Assembly (NCBI GenBank): GCA_000002445.1
Contig: AE017150.2
Coordinates: 736,001-800,000, forward strand
From: Trypanosoma brucei
Lineage: Eukaryota
Length of the DNA: 64,000 nt
Direction of reading: 5' to 3'
Shown here: piece by piece, positions 52,939 through 64,000 of the stretch
Layout of the letters: each line of letters opens with the position of its first letter
Numbering within the stretch: position 1 is the first letter of the stretch
Translations under genes and position numbers: made by a program
The notes under the pieces: model-generated
Databases searched by the model: none
What the model was told of the DNA's origin: nothing
The model's input: only the letters and a program-made list of their open reading frames with translations

Positions 52939-54729
52939 TTACATGATGGAGTAAAGTTCTTCAGCAGTTATTAGGCTCTCCCTTTTCTCCACTTCACCTT
53001 GCATCTCCCGCTGCTTCACAGGATCGCAAGCTAAAAGGGCATTTGAAATGGCAAGTTGCATTTCTTTCGTTACGTTATTGAACCCCCGCAACTCATTGAC
53101 AAAAGTCCTCCAAAGTTCAATTTCGTCGGTGCTGCGTGGTGTGCCTTTTTGTTTTCTCTGCGCCTGCAGCTTAGAAAGAAGTTCCCAGTCGTGTGAAATA
53201 TCGAGAGGTGCAAGAAACCTCTCAGAATCAAGTAGCAGAGATGCAAAGGAATTCCAGTCCCGCTGCTGCTCCAATGCACGAAAAGCCGCCGTAAAAACAG
53301 ATGAAGTAAATGTAATTAATTGCCCCTCTTTACCTTGAAGACGGCGGAATACATCTAATGACCGTTCCCACTCACCATCACGCAGAAGCGATTCCATAAG
53401 TGCAGCGCTGGTTTCTGCAGTTTCCTTTACACCATAATGTTTCCACTGATTAGAAAAGAGATCCAACGCGTGATGCCAGTCACTACTAGCGAGATATGCA
53501 TTCCAAATGCGTGTATCATGCATATGCCGCTCCCCGTGTTTAGTGCACGTGGGGTTCGTAATGATATCCACAACCATCTGAACCTCCTTTAATGAGCCAC
53601 CTAAACGACGTATGGCACGTAATAACTCAGCCCAGGCTAAAGAAGGCAAATATGTTCGCGCCTGTCCTTGAGGTTGAAAACATTGAACGAGTTTTACAGC
53701 ATCAACCCACGTTGCTTTGGTTTGTGAGCCACCACGCGCGGCATTCGTATCATCGCTTGGGTGTAAGACGCTGAAAACTGGGGCAGCAGCAACTGGAAGA
53801 AGCGGTTCCCGCGATGCCTTCACAAGTTTTTCAATTGCTTTATATGGCGGATGTGTGTGGGTGCTGTTAAAGCAACGACCACACATACTTCCACCACAAC
53901 CAGAGCGAATAGATTCACATAATACAGCTACAAGAAACGATACTGCTTCCCTTCTCTTTTCATGGTTCTGCTGTATCCAATGTCGCTCAAAATAAGGCAA
54001 AACAGACTTATTGTACAACTGTAACGCCACTGCCCAATCCCTCTCTCCTGCGGTTTGAAGCACAACACCCATAAGTTTCAGAATGGCATCACGCTCCTTC
54101 AGACAAGCGGATTCTACACACGAGGCGAACGTACGGTTAAAAGTCTTTATTCTTCTATTTGACCACGTCTCTCCAGTATTTCCTTGGGGCCCATCTCCGC
54201 CAGCATATTTCAACAGTTGTTGCACACATGCCAATGTCATGGGGAGGTTACGACGAAGTGATGGTGTGGAAAAAGCTGGCGGTGTTGTGGCTCCTCGCAT
54301 AATACAATGAAAGTTACGATCCATGAAGTTACATGCGCGTTCAACCTCAGTTGTTCCATCACGCCAGGATCCAAACACAACAGGGGTGTTAGCGCCGGCA
54401 GTTGAAGAGAAGCAACTCAAACTGTGCCTTCCTTCATTACGAATAATAGGAGAAGGATTAGAGGATTCAATTGTGGTCAAAAGAGACTTTTCTCTTGTTG
54501 ACAACTCTTGCAACCGCTGCTCACGAGCAAGTCGTGCACTTTGTGCCTGCACAAATGCATCAATATATTGGGCTTTGCTGTATGGGTAGGGCTCAGCAAA
54601 CCTCTTGCGCTTTTGCAAAATGCTCCTGTTCCTCCTGTTAATCTCTTTTGCTTTTTTTTTCATGTCATCGAGGCTAAACTCGGTACGGATCTGTCGCAGT
54701 AAGAATGCACCGCGTCGCTGTAGCGCCAT
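52939..54729 (-). CDS. Hypothetical protein with an alpha-helical repeat-like architecture (possibly PPR/TPR-like) and a candidate organellar presequence
   Basis: Seen in sequence: the ORF track start at 54915 is TTG. The first 60 codons translate a polypyrimidine tract (PLILPPFFLLFLPLA), which looks like 5' UTR. The first plausible ATG is at 54727-54729 (MALQRRGAFLLRQIRTEF…), giving 596 aa. C-terminal helical repeats (…WNAYLASSDWHHALDLF…GEWERSLDVFRRLQG…) suggest PPR/TPR-like repeats, but this is inference. Confidence 0.55.
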   Translation of the reverse strand: MALQRRGAFLLRQIRTEFSLDDMKKKAKEINRRNRSILQKRKRFAEPYPYSKAQYIDAFVQAQSARLAREQRLQELSTREKSLLTTIESSNPSPIIRNEGRHSLSCFSSTAGANTPVVFGSWRDGTTEVERACNFMDRNFHCIMRGATTPPAFSTPSLRRNLPMTLACVQQLLKYAGGDGPQGNTGETWSNRRIKTFNRTFASCVESACLKERDAILKLMGVVLQTAGERDWAVALQLYNKSVLPYFERHWIQQNHEKRREAVSFLVAVLCESIRSGCGGSMCGRCFNSTHTHPPYKAIEKLVKASREPLLPVAAAPVFSVLHPSDDTNAARGGSQTKATWVDAVKLVQCFQPQGQARTYLPSLAWAELLRAIRRLGGSLKEVQMVVDIITNPTCTKHGERHMHDTRIWNAYLASSDWHHALDLFSNQWKHYGVKETAETSAALMESLLRDGEWERSLDVFRRLQGKEGQLITFTSSVFTAAFRALEQQRDWNSFASLLLDSERFLAPLDISHDWELLSKLQAQRKQKGTPRSTDEIELWRTFVNELRGFNNVTKEMQLAISNALLACDPVKQREMQGEVEKRESLITAEELYSIM

Positions 54730-55427
54730 ATCATTTCCACTAATCCAATGTTGCAGTGAGTAAGTGTAGAAATCGTGTTTGTGTTGACGCGGTAATAAAA
54801 AAAAATAACGATTGCGTACCTCAAGCAAGTTCCTAATATAAACCTCATGTGTTGCCAGCGGTAAGAAGAGAAGGAAAAAAGGGGGCAAAATTAGTGGAGA
54901 AGGCCACATATTCAACTTCCCGGCCGCGTGGACAGTATTTATTTTGGTAATCTTCCATTTTTAACATCTGGAGGAAAAATAAAGACTGAAGAAGCCGCTG
55001 TCCCCCGTTACTCAACTGGAGATGGGGCTCAGCGGTGTCTAAAAATAAAAACACAATGAAGTAGTTCTGCGAGCGCCAGCCGTTGTAATTAAAGGGGGAA
55101 AAAATAACTAACACAGATACTTATAATATATATATATATATGTATGGGAATCATTCGCCTCCGATCATCTCCAGAACGAACCAAAAAAAAAAAACACCCC
55201 TGCCGCCCGCACAGTTTGTAATCCTCCCCTTCATTACGGAGTCTCAAGAGTAGCAGCCGTAAACAACACAGGAGGAAGCTGCCCGTCAGTAACGAACCTT
55301 CTACAACACGACCTCTCCAGCACGTTTTTTCTTTCCTCATGAACCCACATTCATACTGCTGCGTCACAATACTCGACACATACACATACACACAAAAAAA
55401 ACCCACACATACTCGTATTTACTCTCT

Positions 55428-57812
55428 TCATTTCACTGCTTCCCGTAACGGCTGGCCCAACTCCTTCCCTGTGTCATTGCGCGCCCATGCAAGAGGTATC
55501 ATATAAACATCACTTCCATTCTCCACAGTTGCGTGGATCCACAACTTCACTAGTACGAGTCGTACTATGGCAACCAGAACCACCAATAAAGCAATAACGC
55601 CTGATGCGTAGAAACGCGCAGAATCTAGCAAACGGCATCGTCCATAATCCAAACAGCACTCTGTTGAGATGTTGAAAGGGCCATGTTTCTCTCTTGACAG
55701 TCCAGTCGTAAACGGTATTTCGTTTGTATGGCCATACGAGGTGCCTCCTCCACCGTAGCGGAGCAGGCCGTGACTGTGCCTTAGTTGCGTAAAGTCGCCC
55801 GACAAGCAGTACTGAAGCAAGTTCGTATAGCATGGACTTACTTCATAAACATTGAGTGCATTGGTTATAAAGTACTCATACACTCCATGACTTGCCACGT
55901 AACAGTTGAAGCCAGTAGTTGCTACCGCCACAAGCACAAACACAACAATAAACCATTGCGCCCTCCGTTTCAGCATAGGGATGAAAAGCAGGGAAGCGGT
56001 GGTGGAGATGACAACGAGAAAGGCACCACCAATCACTTGAATGGGTCCTGACGCCAAGCACAGCGCAGCCACGCCACTATTCAGGGTAGTAACAACATCA
56101 GCCTGCAAACATGACATAATACACATACACTGCCGCCGCCGCCGGAGTAACTCTTCCCGCACCGTGCCCTTTGCACACAAGTAATGCGCAAATGTCCTCG
56201 AAACGGGCACGTATAGGCAGCAAGCCGTAGAAAGCAAACCGATATTCACGGAAAACACGACGATTGCCCATGCAGGAATGCTGTGGGATGATGTACTGGA
56301 AGACCTGGAAAATAAATAGTTGACGAAGCATCCGACCATCAGCACAACAGTTAAAAAATGGCAGAAAAAACTTCTAGCGTTCTCGCAGCGTACGGCATGG
56401 AGTGCGAGATAAACAGCGACCAAACTGTTCATCGCAAAGCAAATAAAAGCAAAACACATATCCGGAGAAAATGACTCTAGAAGAACGATGCCGTTGCAAA
56501 CTGAGTCGTCCGAAACACGGCTTCTTTGCTCGTCAAACGTAAAAAGGAGGTGCAAACCACCAGCCACTATAGTTGAAAGAGCCGCGGTAAAATTTAACAA
56601 GCAAAAAACACGAGACATGAGGGATATGTCGCCCGAAAATACGTTGATGAAATTCCAGGTTTTAACAATGCATCCACCACCTGTAAGTTCAGCGGTGCGG
56701 GGATTTTGTCCAAGACATACCCGCGCATCCGTTCCTTTGACCAGTTTGCGGTGGGAGGAACGGGAGCAGCAGCAGCTGCTGCAAAAGAAAGTGCAACACG
56801 ATGGGAAACGACAACAACAACAACCATTGTCTTCATCCTCAACCAAATTATCGCCCTCACTGCGCACAGCAACAATTGGTTGAACTTCGATATATTTGTA
56901 CTCCACTACGCCAGTTGCAACGTCCCTCGTAGAACTATTATAGCCGGGGCGAAAGCAATCGAGGAGCAGTTCGCGACCAGGAGCAGCAATCGCTCCACCG
57001 CGAAATGCATGCTCACTATCAACACCACGATGTGCGCCTATTCCAAACACTTTCTCTGACGACTGAGCACCACACATTGCATCTGCAGCATCGCTAAACG
57101 GCGTCGAACCTTCACGCATCACATTAAAACGCCTGGAGGCTAACAAAGATGATCGAGTAAAGCATAAATTAAGGTGTTCCGCCTCTTGAGTCGGTGCCCC
57201 GCTACACCCATCATAAAACTTCACTGACGACTGAAGGTCGGTAGCCGGTCGAGGCATTTCATCGGAGGCTGCAGAAAGAGAAGAGGCGGAGCTATTGTTC
57301 ATATTCGGACGGCAGACGGAAACTTCGCCATCCGCTTGTCGAACTGCGGGGAGCGGCAACGTGTCGTCAAGTGGCGGTGAGCGTCGCACATGTTCGCTAG
57401 AATTATGGGTGAAAACTAACGTTGCAGCAACCGCCCTAAAGTTATCGCGCGAGTCACGAGGTCTCGCGGAAGCGGGTGTCACACGACTTCTTCCCGAAAC
57501 AGAAATGTAAGAAGTAGTTGTGGAGCCTAATGCACTCGATGTGGCACGGGGGCTCCCCCTAATTGAATTCCACCGTTGGTGTACAAAAGCCAGTGGCGAT
57601 GGCGGGTCACGCGCTGGGAGTGATGAAAGTGTTCCTTCTAACCTGGGTGATGCAAGTGACACCTCCTGCTCCTCATCCTCATGATTCGGTCCACTCACTG
57701 ATTCAAGGGAGAAACCCTCATGCGTCTGGAGATTCCATACAGACACTTCTCTCCCATTTTGAAGTGGCGCCAGTTGGTTGCAGTCCCCATCATCTCTACT
57801 GGAATGTGACAT
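55428..57812 (-). CDS. Hypothetical polytopic membrane protein with a Ser-rich N-terminal region and a poly-cysteine cluster
   Basis: Seen in sequence: ATG verified at 57810-57812. The N-terminal ~300 aa are hydrophilic and S-rich. After that there are at least 8 hydrophobic segments. An unusual run CCCCRFPSCCTFFCSSCCCSRSS lies next to the first hydrophobic segment. Confidence 0.6.
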   Translation of the reverse strand: MSHSSRDDGDCNQLAPLQNGREVSVWNLQTHEGFSLESVSGPNHEDEEQEVSLASPRLEGTLSSLPARDPPSPLAFVHQRWNSIRGSPRATSSALGSTTTSYISVSGRSRVTPASARPRDSRDNFRAVAATLVFTHNSSEHVRRSPPLDDTLPLPAVRQADGEVSVCRPNMNNSSASSLSAASDEMPRPATDLQSSVKFYDGCSGAPTQEAEHLNLCFTRSSLLASRRFNVMREGSTPFSDAADAMCGAQSSEKVFGIGAHRGVDSEHAFRGGAIAAPGRELLLDCFRPGYNSSTRDVATGVVEYKYIEVQPIVAVRSEGDNLVEDEDNGCCCCRFPSCCTFFCSSCCCSRSSHRKLVKGTDARVCLGQNPRTAELTGGGCIVKTWNFINVFSGDISLMSRVFCLLNFTAALSTIVAGGLHLLFTFDEQRSRVSDDSVCNGIVLLESFSPDMCFAFICFAMNSLVAVYLALHAVRCENARSFFCHFLTVVLMVGCFVNYLFSRSSSTSSHSIPAWAIVVFSVNIGLLSTACCLYVPVSRTFAHYLCAKGTVREELLRRRRQCMCIMSCLQADVVTTLNSGVAALCLASGPIQVIGGAFLVVISTTASLLFIPMLKRRAQWFIVVFVLVAVATTGFNCYVASHGVYEYFITNALNVYEVSPCYTNLLQYCLSGDFTQLRHSHGLLRYGGGGTSYGHTNEIPFTTGLSREKHGPFNISTECCLDYGRCRLLDSARFYASGVIALLVVLVAIVRLVLVKLWIHATVENGSDVYMIPLAWARNDTGKELGQPLREAVK

Positions 57813-58857
57813 ATATCACCTCAACACAAATACGCCACAACCACAGCAACGCACAGCTGCGATATGACGTTAGTACTAACTTAATGGAAAAGGCAAGTAA
57901 AGGGAAAAAAAGAGAGAGGAGACGGTACAAAAACTCATGTGTGCTCAAGCTTACGAACTCAATACCCGTTCATCAAACGGTTGCACAAATGTACGTATAT
58001 GAGATGTTGAAGAGAAAATATGTACAAAAAGAAGTAGTTTTACGGGAAGAGATTGAGGGACGGAATTGAGAAAGAGAGAACAACAAGGAGGCAGAGTGCA
58101 TAAATGTTTCCCTCGATAAAAAGAAAAAAAAAGCGCCAACAAAAGTACAACTCACAACACCACGGTGACCAATATGTTAAATAAATCCGCGCAACCTCAC
58201 TGAAACTTTTACCCACTTTTCTCTCTACCACGTCAGTTAGTTAACACAAAAGAAACAAAAAGAGTTACGGGTCTGTTGAACGTATATAAAACTGCTTCCT
58301 CAGCCAAATTGAATCGTTGACAGGAGCAGGTGTTCATATTCCTTTTCCCTCTCTTTTTTTCCTTCATTTCCTTCTTTCTTCGGATGCACCCAATTTCCTT
58401 CCACTAATTCCCATCGCTTCATCACTAGTGTGTGCTGCAGATCTCAAGTGTTTCCTGCACCAGTGGCGCATAGGCAACAAGAGCCCATGAATTAAAAGAA
58501 AAAAAAGTAAGGTAAGATAAAATAAATTAAATTAAATTAAAGCAAATTAAATACTAAAATAATCATGAAAGAACAAAAAAGAGACAGTTCGTACAAATAC
58601 ACCACAACCTCAGTTACACCCTTAGCAGAAAACTCAAATTAAGAAAAAAAAGAGATAGAGAGACATTTGATCATATAGGTGGCATTTTGCATTCCATACG
58701 GTGCATTACCATGTAACTATAGTGTCTAACAACATACACCATGTGGTAATGAGTTTAATAATGTACTACATAGCGAACAACAAATTCATCTAAAACTTAC
58801 CTCTTCCTTTTTCTTTCTTTTTTATTTAAAAAAAAATCACCTTTACGTACTTCTACT

Positions 58858-59448
58858 TCATTGGTGTGAATGGGAATCCTCCGCAGTTGAAATAGGTGGT
58901 GGAAGCGGCGGCACTATTATCGGCTTTAGCGGTTCACCGGAAATGATGTTGTAGCCGTGCACGTCCCTCCGTCCTGCTAATTGCTTTTGCCTTGCATAGT
59001 ACAAAGATTTCCCTACAGCCTCCTTATACTCCATTGCTTGGCGTGCCTCCGCTGTTCTACATTGCAGCGTAACGGTATCTAACCCGTTACTGGGTTCATT
59101 TCGTGTGGACACACCAGCAACTTTTTTCCAATGCTCCTGTTCCCGCTCAAACTCCATATCCCGACGCACCTTCAAATCGGCATTACGCTCAACAACACGC
59201 ATCATACGATTCGCACGTATGATTCTTTGTCGTTCTCTTCCTTCATTCTGTTGATGCCGGAGCTCATGCACGGCTTTGAGGGCGGGATGAAGGCGGTATG
59301 GTTCGCTTATGTATGCGGCACTGTCCGGCTGCTGACAAACGGGATGGACATAATTGGGGTAATGTTGCAGCTCATCTGCCTCATGCCGCCGGAGCCCGCG
59401 TCGCCCCACCGGTTTCAAATAAAGTGGTGGTTCAGACCCAAATATCAT
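58858..59448 (-). CDS. Hypothetical small basic protein of 196 aa
   Basis: Seen in sequence: ATG verified at 59446-59448. The ORF is non-repetitive, R/E-rich and on the same strand as the unit. I recognise no domain. Confidence 0.45.
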   Translation of the reverse strand: MIFGSEPPLYLKPVGRRGLRRHEADELQHYPNYVHPVCQQPDSAAYISEPYRLHPALKAVHELRHQQNEGRERQRIIRANRMMRVVERNADLKVRRDMEFEREQEHWKKVAGVSTRNEPSNGLDTVTLQCRTAEARQAMEYKEAVGKSLYYARQKQLAGRRDVHGYNIISGEPLKPIIVPPLPPPISTAEDSHSHQ

Positions 59449-61659
59449 CAGTCGCCGATCAATTAATCAGCAAATAACTATATCTAATAAATGTACAGAT
59501 AAAATTTATAAATATATAGTTCGCAATTGTACACACAAGTACACTCGCGCTTACGGCCGTCGGTTAGTGCTTTGGCACAACTTCAAACCCAAGGTGTGGG
59601 GATCCGGTAGTTAGTAGGTTAATTTTTTGCAAAGTTGAAGATGATCGGACCACAGCTGCAATGTTTTTGCAACCCCAAATCGCTGAATGCTCAGACTCCC
59701 AATCTCCACGCAAGATGTATTGGTATCCTCAATAACACAAATATGGCGAGCAATGAGAACTATAAAGAAAGGTGGAAAAAAGACGCCTACTTACTCTTTG
59801 GCAAAAAGGTCAGAGATAAAAGAAAAGGAAGAAAATAAGAGATAAATGAAGTTCGTGGTGGAAACATAATAACAAAGCAGTAAATACGGTGTGTGTTTGT
59901 AGAAAAGGGCAAACATCAAATAAACTCAAATAACACGAAGATGAAAGATGTGAGAGGGAAAAGTGCGTAGCCACGATCTGCAGCACACACATCCAGATTG
60001 GAGGTGAGGAAGGGAGGGCTTAACTGCATAAATTAACTCAGGGACCTCCACCACCTTTATTCATCCAACGCAGCTTCTCCAACTTCACCCGCACATTACA
60101 CACACACCCCCCTCCCCTCAGGGAAGATGTAGCAAAGAAAATAAACAGCCTGACGAAAAGCTAAAATATGAGTAGAAGGAACAAAAAAAAGGAAAAGAAA
60201 ACAACAACAACAATAGCACGCGCAGACACACGCATATGGACAATTACCACTAAAAGCACACGCACTTGAAACTAGTGCATGCACGTTAACATACATTACC
60301 CCCTCCCCTCCACCTTTGAGTTGTATGTTGTACGGTTTCATGAGAAGACGTTGTCTGCCTTATCTTAACTTCTTTTCCTTTCTTTTCCTTTTTCTGTTTT
60401 TCGTTTTCCATCTCTTAAATGCTTTCCCCCCCCCCCGCCTTAAGACTTAAGGTCCAAACAGCGGCTGCTCACTCATATGCGTGAGCGCCCGCAACTACAC
60501 CACAATCGCTGCATCGCGCAAACAAACACAACTAATACTTTTCGGAAAGCGGAACGTAATTTTTATGATGTACGAAGGCAACATCAGATAAAGGGAAGGA
60601 AGGGGGAGTCAAGTGCGGGACAAGAGAAAACAGCCACGAAATTGCATACGTTTGTATGTTAAACTATTTATCTATATGGTTTAACCGCGAAGTGTGAGTC
60701 ACAAAGGAAGAAAAGAATGAAGGAAAAAAGAAGAAAAAAAGGAAGGAAAGTTGGGTCTCCAAGGTACCTTCCTTTTCAAAAAAAAAAACTTATCTCCCAT
60801 GACTCACAATAATTAGCGGTATTTCCTACACACTTAAGCATCCATTCTCTCTTACTCTCTTCTCCCCTCGTCCCCTTCCAAGGAAACAAAATAACAACAG
60901 TAATAGTAAAAACACTTCGTTTCTCTTTTCCATACTCAGGCATTTACTAAATATCCCAAATGTTTCTTACATTTTTATTTCCCGTTTCTTCTCCTCCACC
61001 TGCTTCCTTCCCAACTTTTGTTAATTTGCCTCACCTCCATGGTCCTTCAAACTGTTTGGTTTATTCCCTTCCCCTCTTTCATCAAATTTCCTACCATCTT
61101 CCCCACACATTTTTTTTAAAAAAAGTTTTCCCACTTCTACTTCGTTGCGTCTTGCTCTCTTTCGGTGCCACATGTCGCTGCCTCCTCGAAAAAATCAATC
61201 TGGAGAAGTTGTTCCCTCCGCCCTTGCGCTTCAAAAGTCAGCAATTCTGTATCGCATCGCATAACCACAGTTACGTTACCGCCCAAAGCAAAAGTAAGAA
61301 GGAAAAGAAAAACGAACACATATTCCCCAACGCACCCCGCAACCCGCACAACAAATTTATAACTAAATGCGTGCTTATATGCCCGTCGTCTCCCGGACAT
61401 TGCCTCTCTCTCTCTAAAGCTGAAAAAGAATCGTTATTAATATGAATCCTGTGTATACGAACGCACATGTATGTATATGCATTTTCACGTACACAAACAC
61501 ACAGAAGCGGGGAACGCCACAGAGACATTTGAGAGTGCAATTATATGTCCTGTATGCACTCGATACTTCAAAGAGCAGTGACGGTAAGGACTTCAGATAT
61601 AGCTAAGAAGGACAAGATATTGGGAATCGAGTGCAACACTTTGTCTCTGCGAATTCTCC

Positions 61660-61662
<3 letters not shown>

Positions 61663-61693
<31 letters not shown>
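61663..61693. repeat. (TA)15 microsatellite
   Basis: Seen in sequence: the run lies in the 3' flank of the CRK gene. A second (AC)12 run lies at about 61905-61928. Confidence 0.9.
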
Positions 61694-61694
<1 letters not shown>

Positions 61695-62057
61695 TTTTGT
61701 CCTTCCGTTCCTTTGGCATTTCCCTCTTAGGAGTATATTGCTCCTTTTCTTGCCCTCCTTCTTCTTTGTCCATACATCGGTCGACCTGATCAGTATGTGA
61801 AAGTGTAGCACACGACTTTACACCTGCGCAGATGGTAATACATCCATACCCCCGCCAATTATTTTCATGTCTTCACCGTCCCTCATACACCGTACAAACC
61901 ACAAACACACACACACACACACACACATATATACATATATCGCAACATATGACTACTCGGAGGAAACGCTATTTTGGTTCGCAAGCATGTGAGCTTGCTT
62001 AAGGGTACTGTTGGGACATGTGTCAGTGTTGAGATTAGTCACAACCCCTTCCATCCT

Positions 62058-64000
62058 TTAGCGGCGCCGCACTTCCACCTCGACTTCCTCATCGATATTG
62101 CTGGCGCGTGCTCTCAACACATCCGCTGTCGGGCTCTCAGCGTTCGAGCGAACTGTCTCACCAAAACCACAGGTTTCCTCATTGTCTCCTCCTTCGCATG
62201 ATTCCAAAGCTTGAGGTATCGCGCAGTTGGTTTCTGAGGACGATTTTCCAGCCACCACCGCCGCCCCGCCTTCTCTTTGCGAGGGAACTCCGACCATTTG
62301 TTCTGCCGCAACAGTGGTCGGTAAAGGCGCCAGCAGCTCCTCCGGCATGCACGGAAGGGGATCCTCGTGAAAGAATTTGTGCTCAAGCGCCTCACGTGCT
62401 GAGAGTCGGTCAATTGGGTTCCATCGCAAAATGCGGTTCAATAGGTCCATTCCACTGGGTGGAAGCGTTGCTGCTCCACTATGGTTTGAACGAGAAAAAA
62501 TTTGCTGCAGTGTATTCTCACGATTGTACCGCTTCAGTGACCGCATCAGACGCGTCACCTCGTGCATTTTGTACAGCCCACTAAACGTTTCCTCCGTCGG
62601 GATCCCAATAACATCGCATATTACGGCGAAGTGACGGCTTTCTTCCTCTGCACGGAACAAAGGTTCCTTGAGAAAAATTTCGGCCATGATGCAACCGAGA
62701 GACCACATGTCCATCTTATACGAATAGTCGGTAATGCCAAAGTGAAGCTCAGGAGCTCGGTACATGAGCGTGACCACATTCGCCGTGAGTTCCTGTCCCT
62801 CGCGATAGTGACGCCCCAGGCCGAAGTCACATAACTTCACCTCACCCGTGGAGCTAATGAGAATGTTGGAGGTTTTAATGTCGCGATGCAATATACGATG
62901 GTCATGCAAAAAGGCGACACCGGTGAACAGCTGCTGCATGACACACTTGACGCGTGAGAGGAAACACCTCGGTGCGTCTGGATGTTTGTTCGCAGAACTA
63001 AGGTGCAGAAGGGCAGCGACGCCCTTGCGATGGTAAATAAAAGCTTTCAGGTCGTACGGACAGTACTCCATAACGAGATACACATCTTTCATTTTATCAG
63101 CTGAGAGCTTTGTCTTGATTTGCGGCGGTTCTTCTTCTTTCTTATCCCCACCCTGATTGCATGACGAGGGAAGGCCGTCGTCGTTGCCCGACGCCGTCGG
63201 TTCTTCATTCGTCTTTTGCACATTATCAGTACGGTGATTGTGACGGCCGACCTCGTTGCTGACCTCTCTGCCAGTTGTACCCGTTGCTGGTTTTACCTCT
63301 TGCTGCTTCGACGCTTTTGAGGAATTGCTCTTTTTATCCAAAAGAACAACTTCCCTGCCGCACACAATATTTGGATGCCGCAATCGAAGCAGCAGGTCAA
63401 ACTCCCGCAGCAGATACGGCGGAAACCCAACCTCTGACTCCTCGAGCCATCGTTGTTTTACCTGCTTGAGAGCAAACTTTCTTCCACGGCCACCTCCACT
63501 CGAAGAAGAACCGTTTGCCTCGGTGGCACGGTACACTACACCATACACCCCGTGCGCAATTTGACCCACGGGAACATATTCATTCACAGAGCGGCACGGA
63601 GGCCGCGTCTTACCAGACACCCGAATGGCCTTCACACTACTCTTTACGTTTTTATGCAGGCTAGTGACATAGCCCTGCAACAGTGAGGGAGCATCCGGTG
63701 CTTCAGAAGCCCAGGTTGTCTTCCCTTCCCTGTCTTTCACGTCACTATGAGTGAAACACCTTGCTTCAAGATAGGGTAGGAAGTAAGAGACTACCGTGCA
63801 TAGTGGTGGATGCGTAAAATGAACAATATTCTTATTAATCCCGTCGCCGCCGCTGCCAACCCCACTCAGTGACTCGCCCTCACCGGAAGAGTTGTTGTGA
63901 TGCTGGTGTTGATACCCTTCCTCTCGCTGCTGTTGCACTTCCTCTTCGTTCTTTGCACTGTCATTGTCTTCCTTCGACCGTACTGGCCTTTCAGTTGCTC
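62058..64000 (-). CDS. cdc2-related (CDK-like) protein kinase with a roughly 90-aa insert in the kinase domain; 5' end lies outside the window (partial); candidate CRK9
   Basis: Seen in sequence: the G-loop GQIAHGVYGVVYRA, a diverged PSTAIRE-like helix FPPYLLREFDLLLRLRHPNIV, HRDIKTSNIL, DFGLGRHY, and TLMYRAPELHFG…YKMDMWSLGCIMAEI are present. A hydrophilic insert sits between strand β4/5 and the hinge. The ORF track start at 63938 is GTG. The minus-strand frame stays open with no stop codon to position 64000, so the true start is upstream of the window. Inference, from memory: CRK9 maps to this chromosome-2 neighbourhood and has kinase-domain inserts. Confidence 0.85.
   Translation of the reverse strand, partial: ATERPVRSKEDNDSAKNEEEVQQQREEGYQHQHHNNSSGEGESLSGVGSGGDGINKNIVHFTHPPLCTVVSYFLPYLEARCFTHSDVKDREGKTTWASEAPDAPSLLQGYVTSLHKNVKSSVKAIRVSGKTRPPCRSVNEYVPVGQIAHGVYGVVYRATEANGSSSSGGGRGRKFALKQVKQRWLEESEVGFPPYLLREFDLLLRLRHPNIVCGREVVLLDKKSNSSKASKQQEVKPATGTTGREVSNEVGRHNHRTDNVQKTNEEPTASGNDDGLPSSCNQGGDKKEEEPPQIKTKLSADKMKDVYLVMEYCPYDLKAFIYHRKGVAALLHLSSANKHPDAPRCFLSRVKCVMQQLFTGVAFLHDHRILHRDIKTSNILISSTGEVKLCDFGLGRHYREGQELTANVVTLMYRAPELHFGITDYSYKMDMWSLGCIMAEIFLKEPLFRAEEESRHFAVICDVIGIPTEETFSGLYKMHEVTRLMRSLKRYNRENTLQQIFSRSNHSGAATLPPSGMDLLNRILRWNPIDRLSAREALEHKFFHEDPLPCMPEELLAPLPTTVAAEQMVGVPSQREGGAAVVAGKSSSETNCAIPQALESCEGGDNEETCGFGETVRSNAESPTADVLRARASNIDEEVEVEVRRR

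Overview
This window reads as a chromosome-internal stretch of a Trypanosoma brucei-group genome, with intron-less ORFs separated by low-complexity, microsatellite-rich spacers. The gene content (ATP-dependent PEPCK ending in the glycosomal PTS1 tripeptide SRL, a giant 144-aa-repeat coiled-coil protein matching NUP-1, trypanothione synthetase, MRE11 and a CRK-type kinase) is consistent with the PEPCK to NUP-1 to TryS to MRE11 to CRK9 neighbourhood of T. brucei chromosome 2. That placement is from memory and was not checked by search. All ~18 supportable protein-coding genes lie on the minus strand, so the window is one unidirectional polycistronic transcription unit. I see no strand-switch region, tRNA/rRNA gene, CRISPR array, operon or mobile element. 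The dominant feature is an 11 kb gene whose core is about 17 near-identical tandem copies of a 432-bp (144-aa) unit. The supplied ORF track also accepts non-ATG starts (TTG/GTG translated as M). I re-derived the starts by hand, corrected several to the first in-frame ATG, and found that the last kinase gene runs off the window edge. I find no evidence of a novel or previously undescribed system. The genes are ordinary, mostly well-characterised kinetoplastid housekeeping genes. The points worth a second look are the mosaic structure of the repeat array, a few unusual protein architectures and one weak candidate structured-RNA element.
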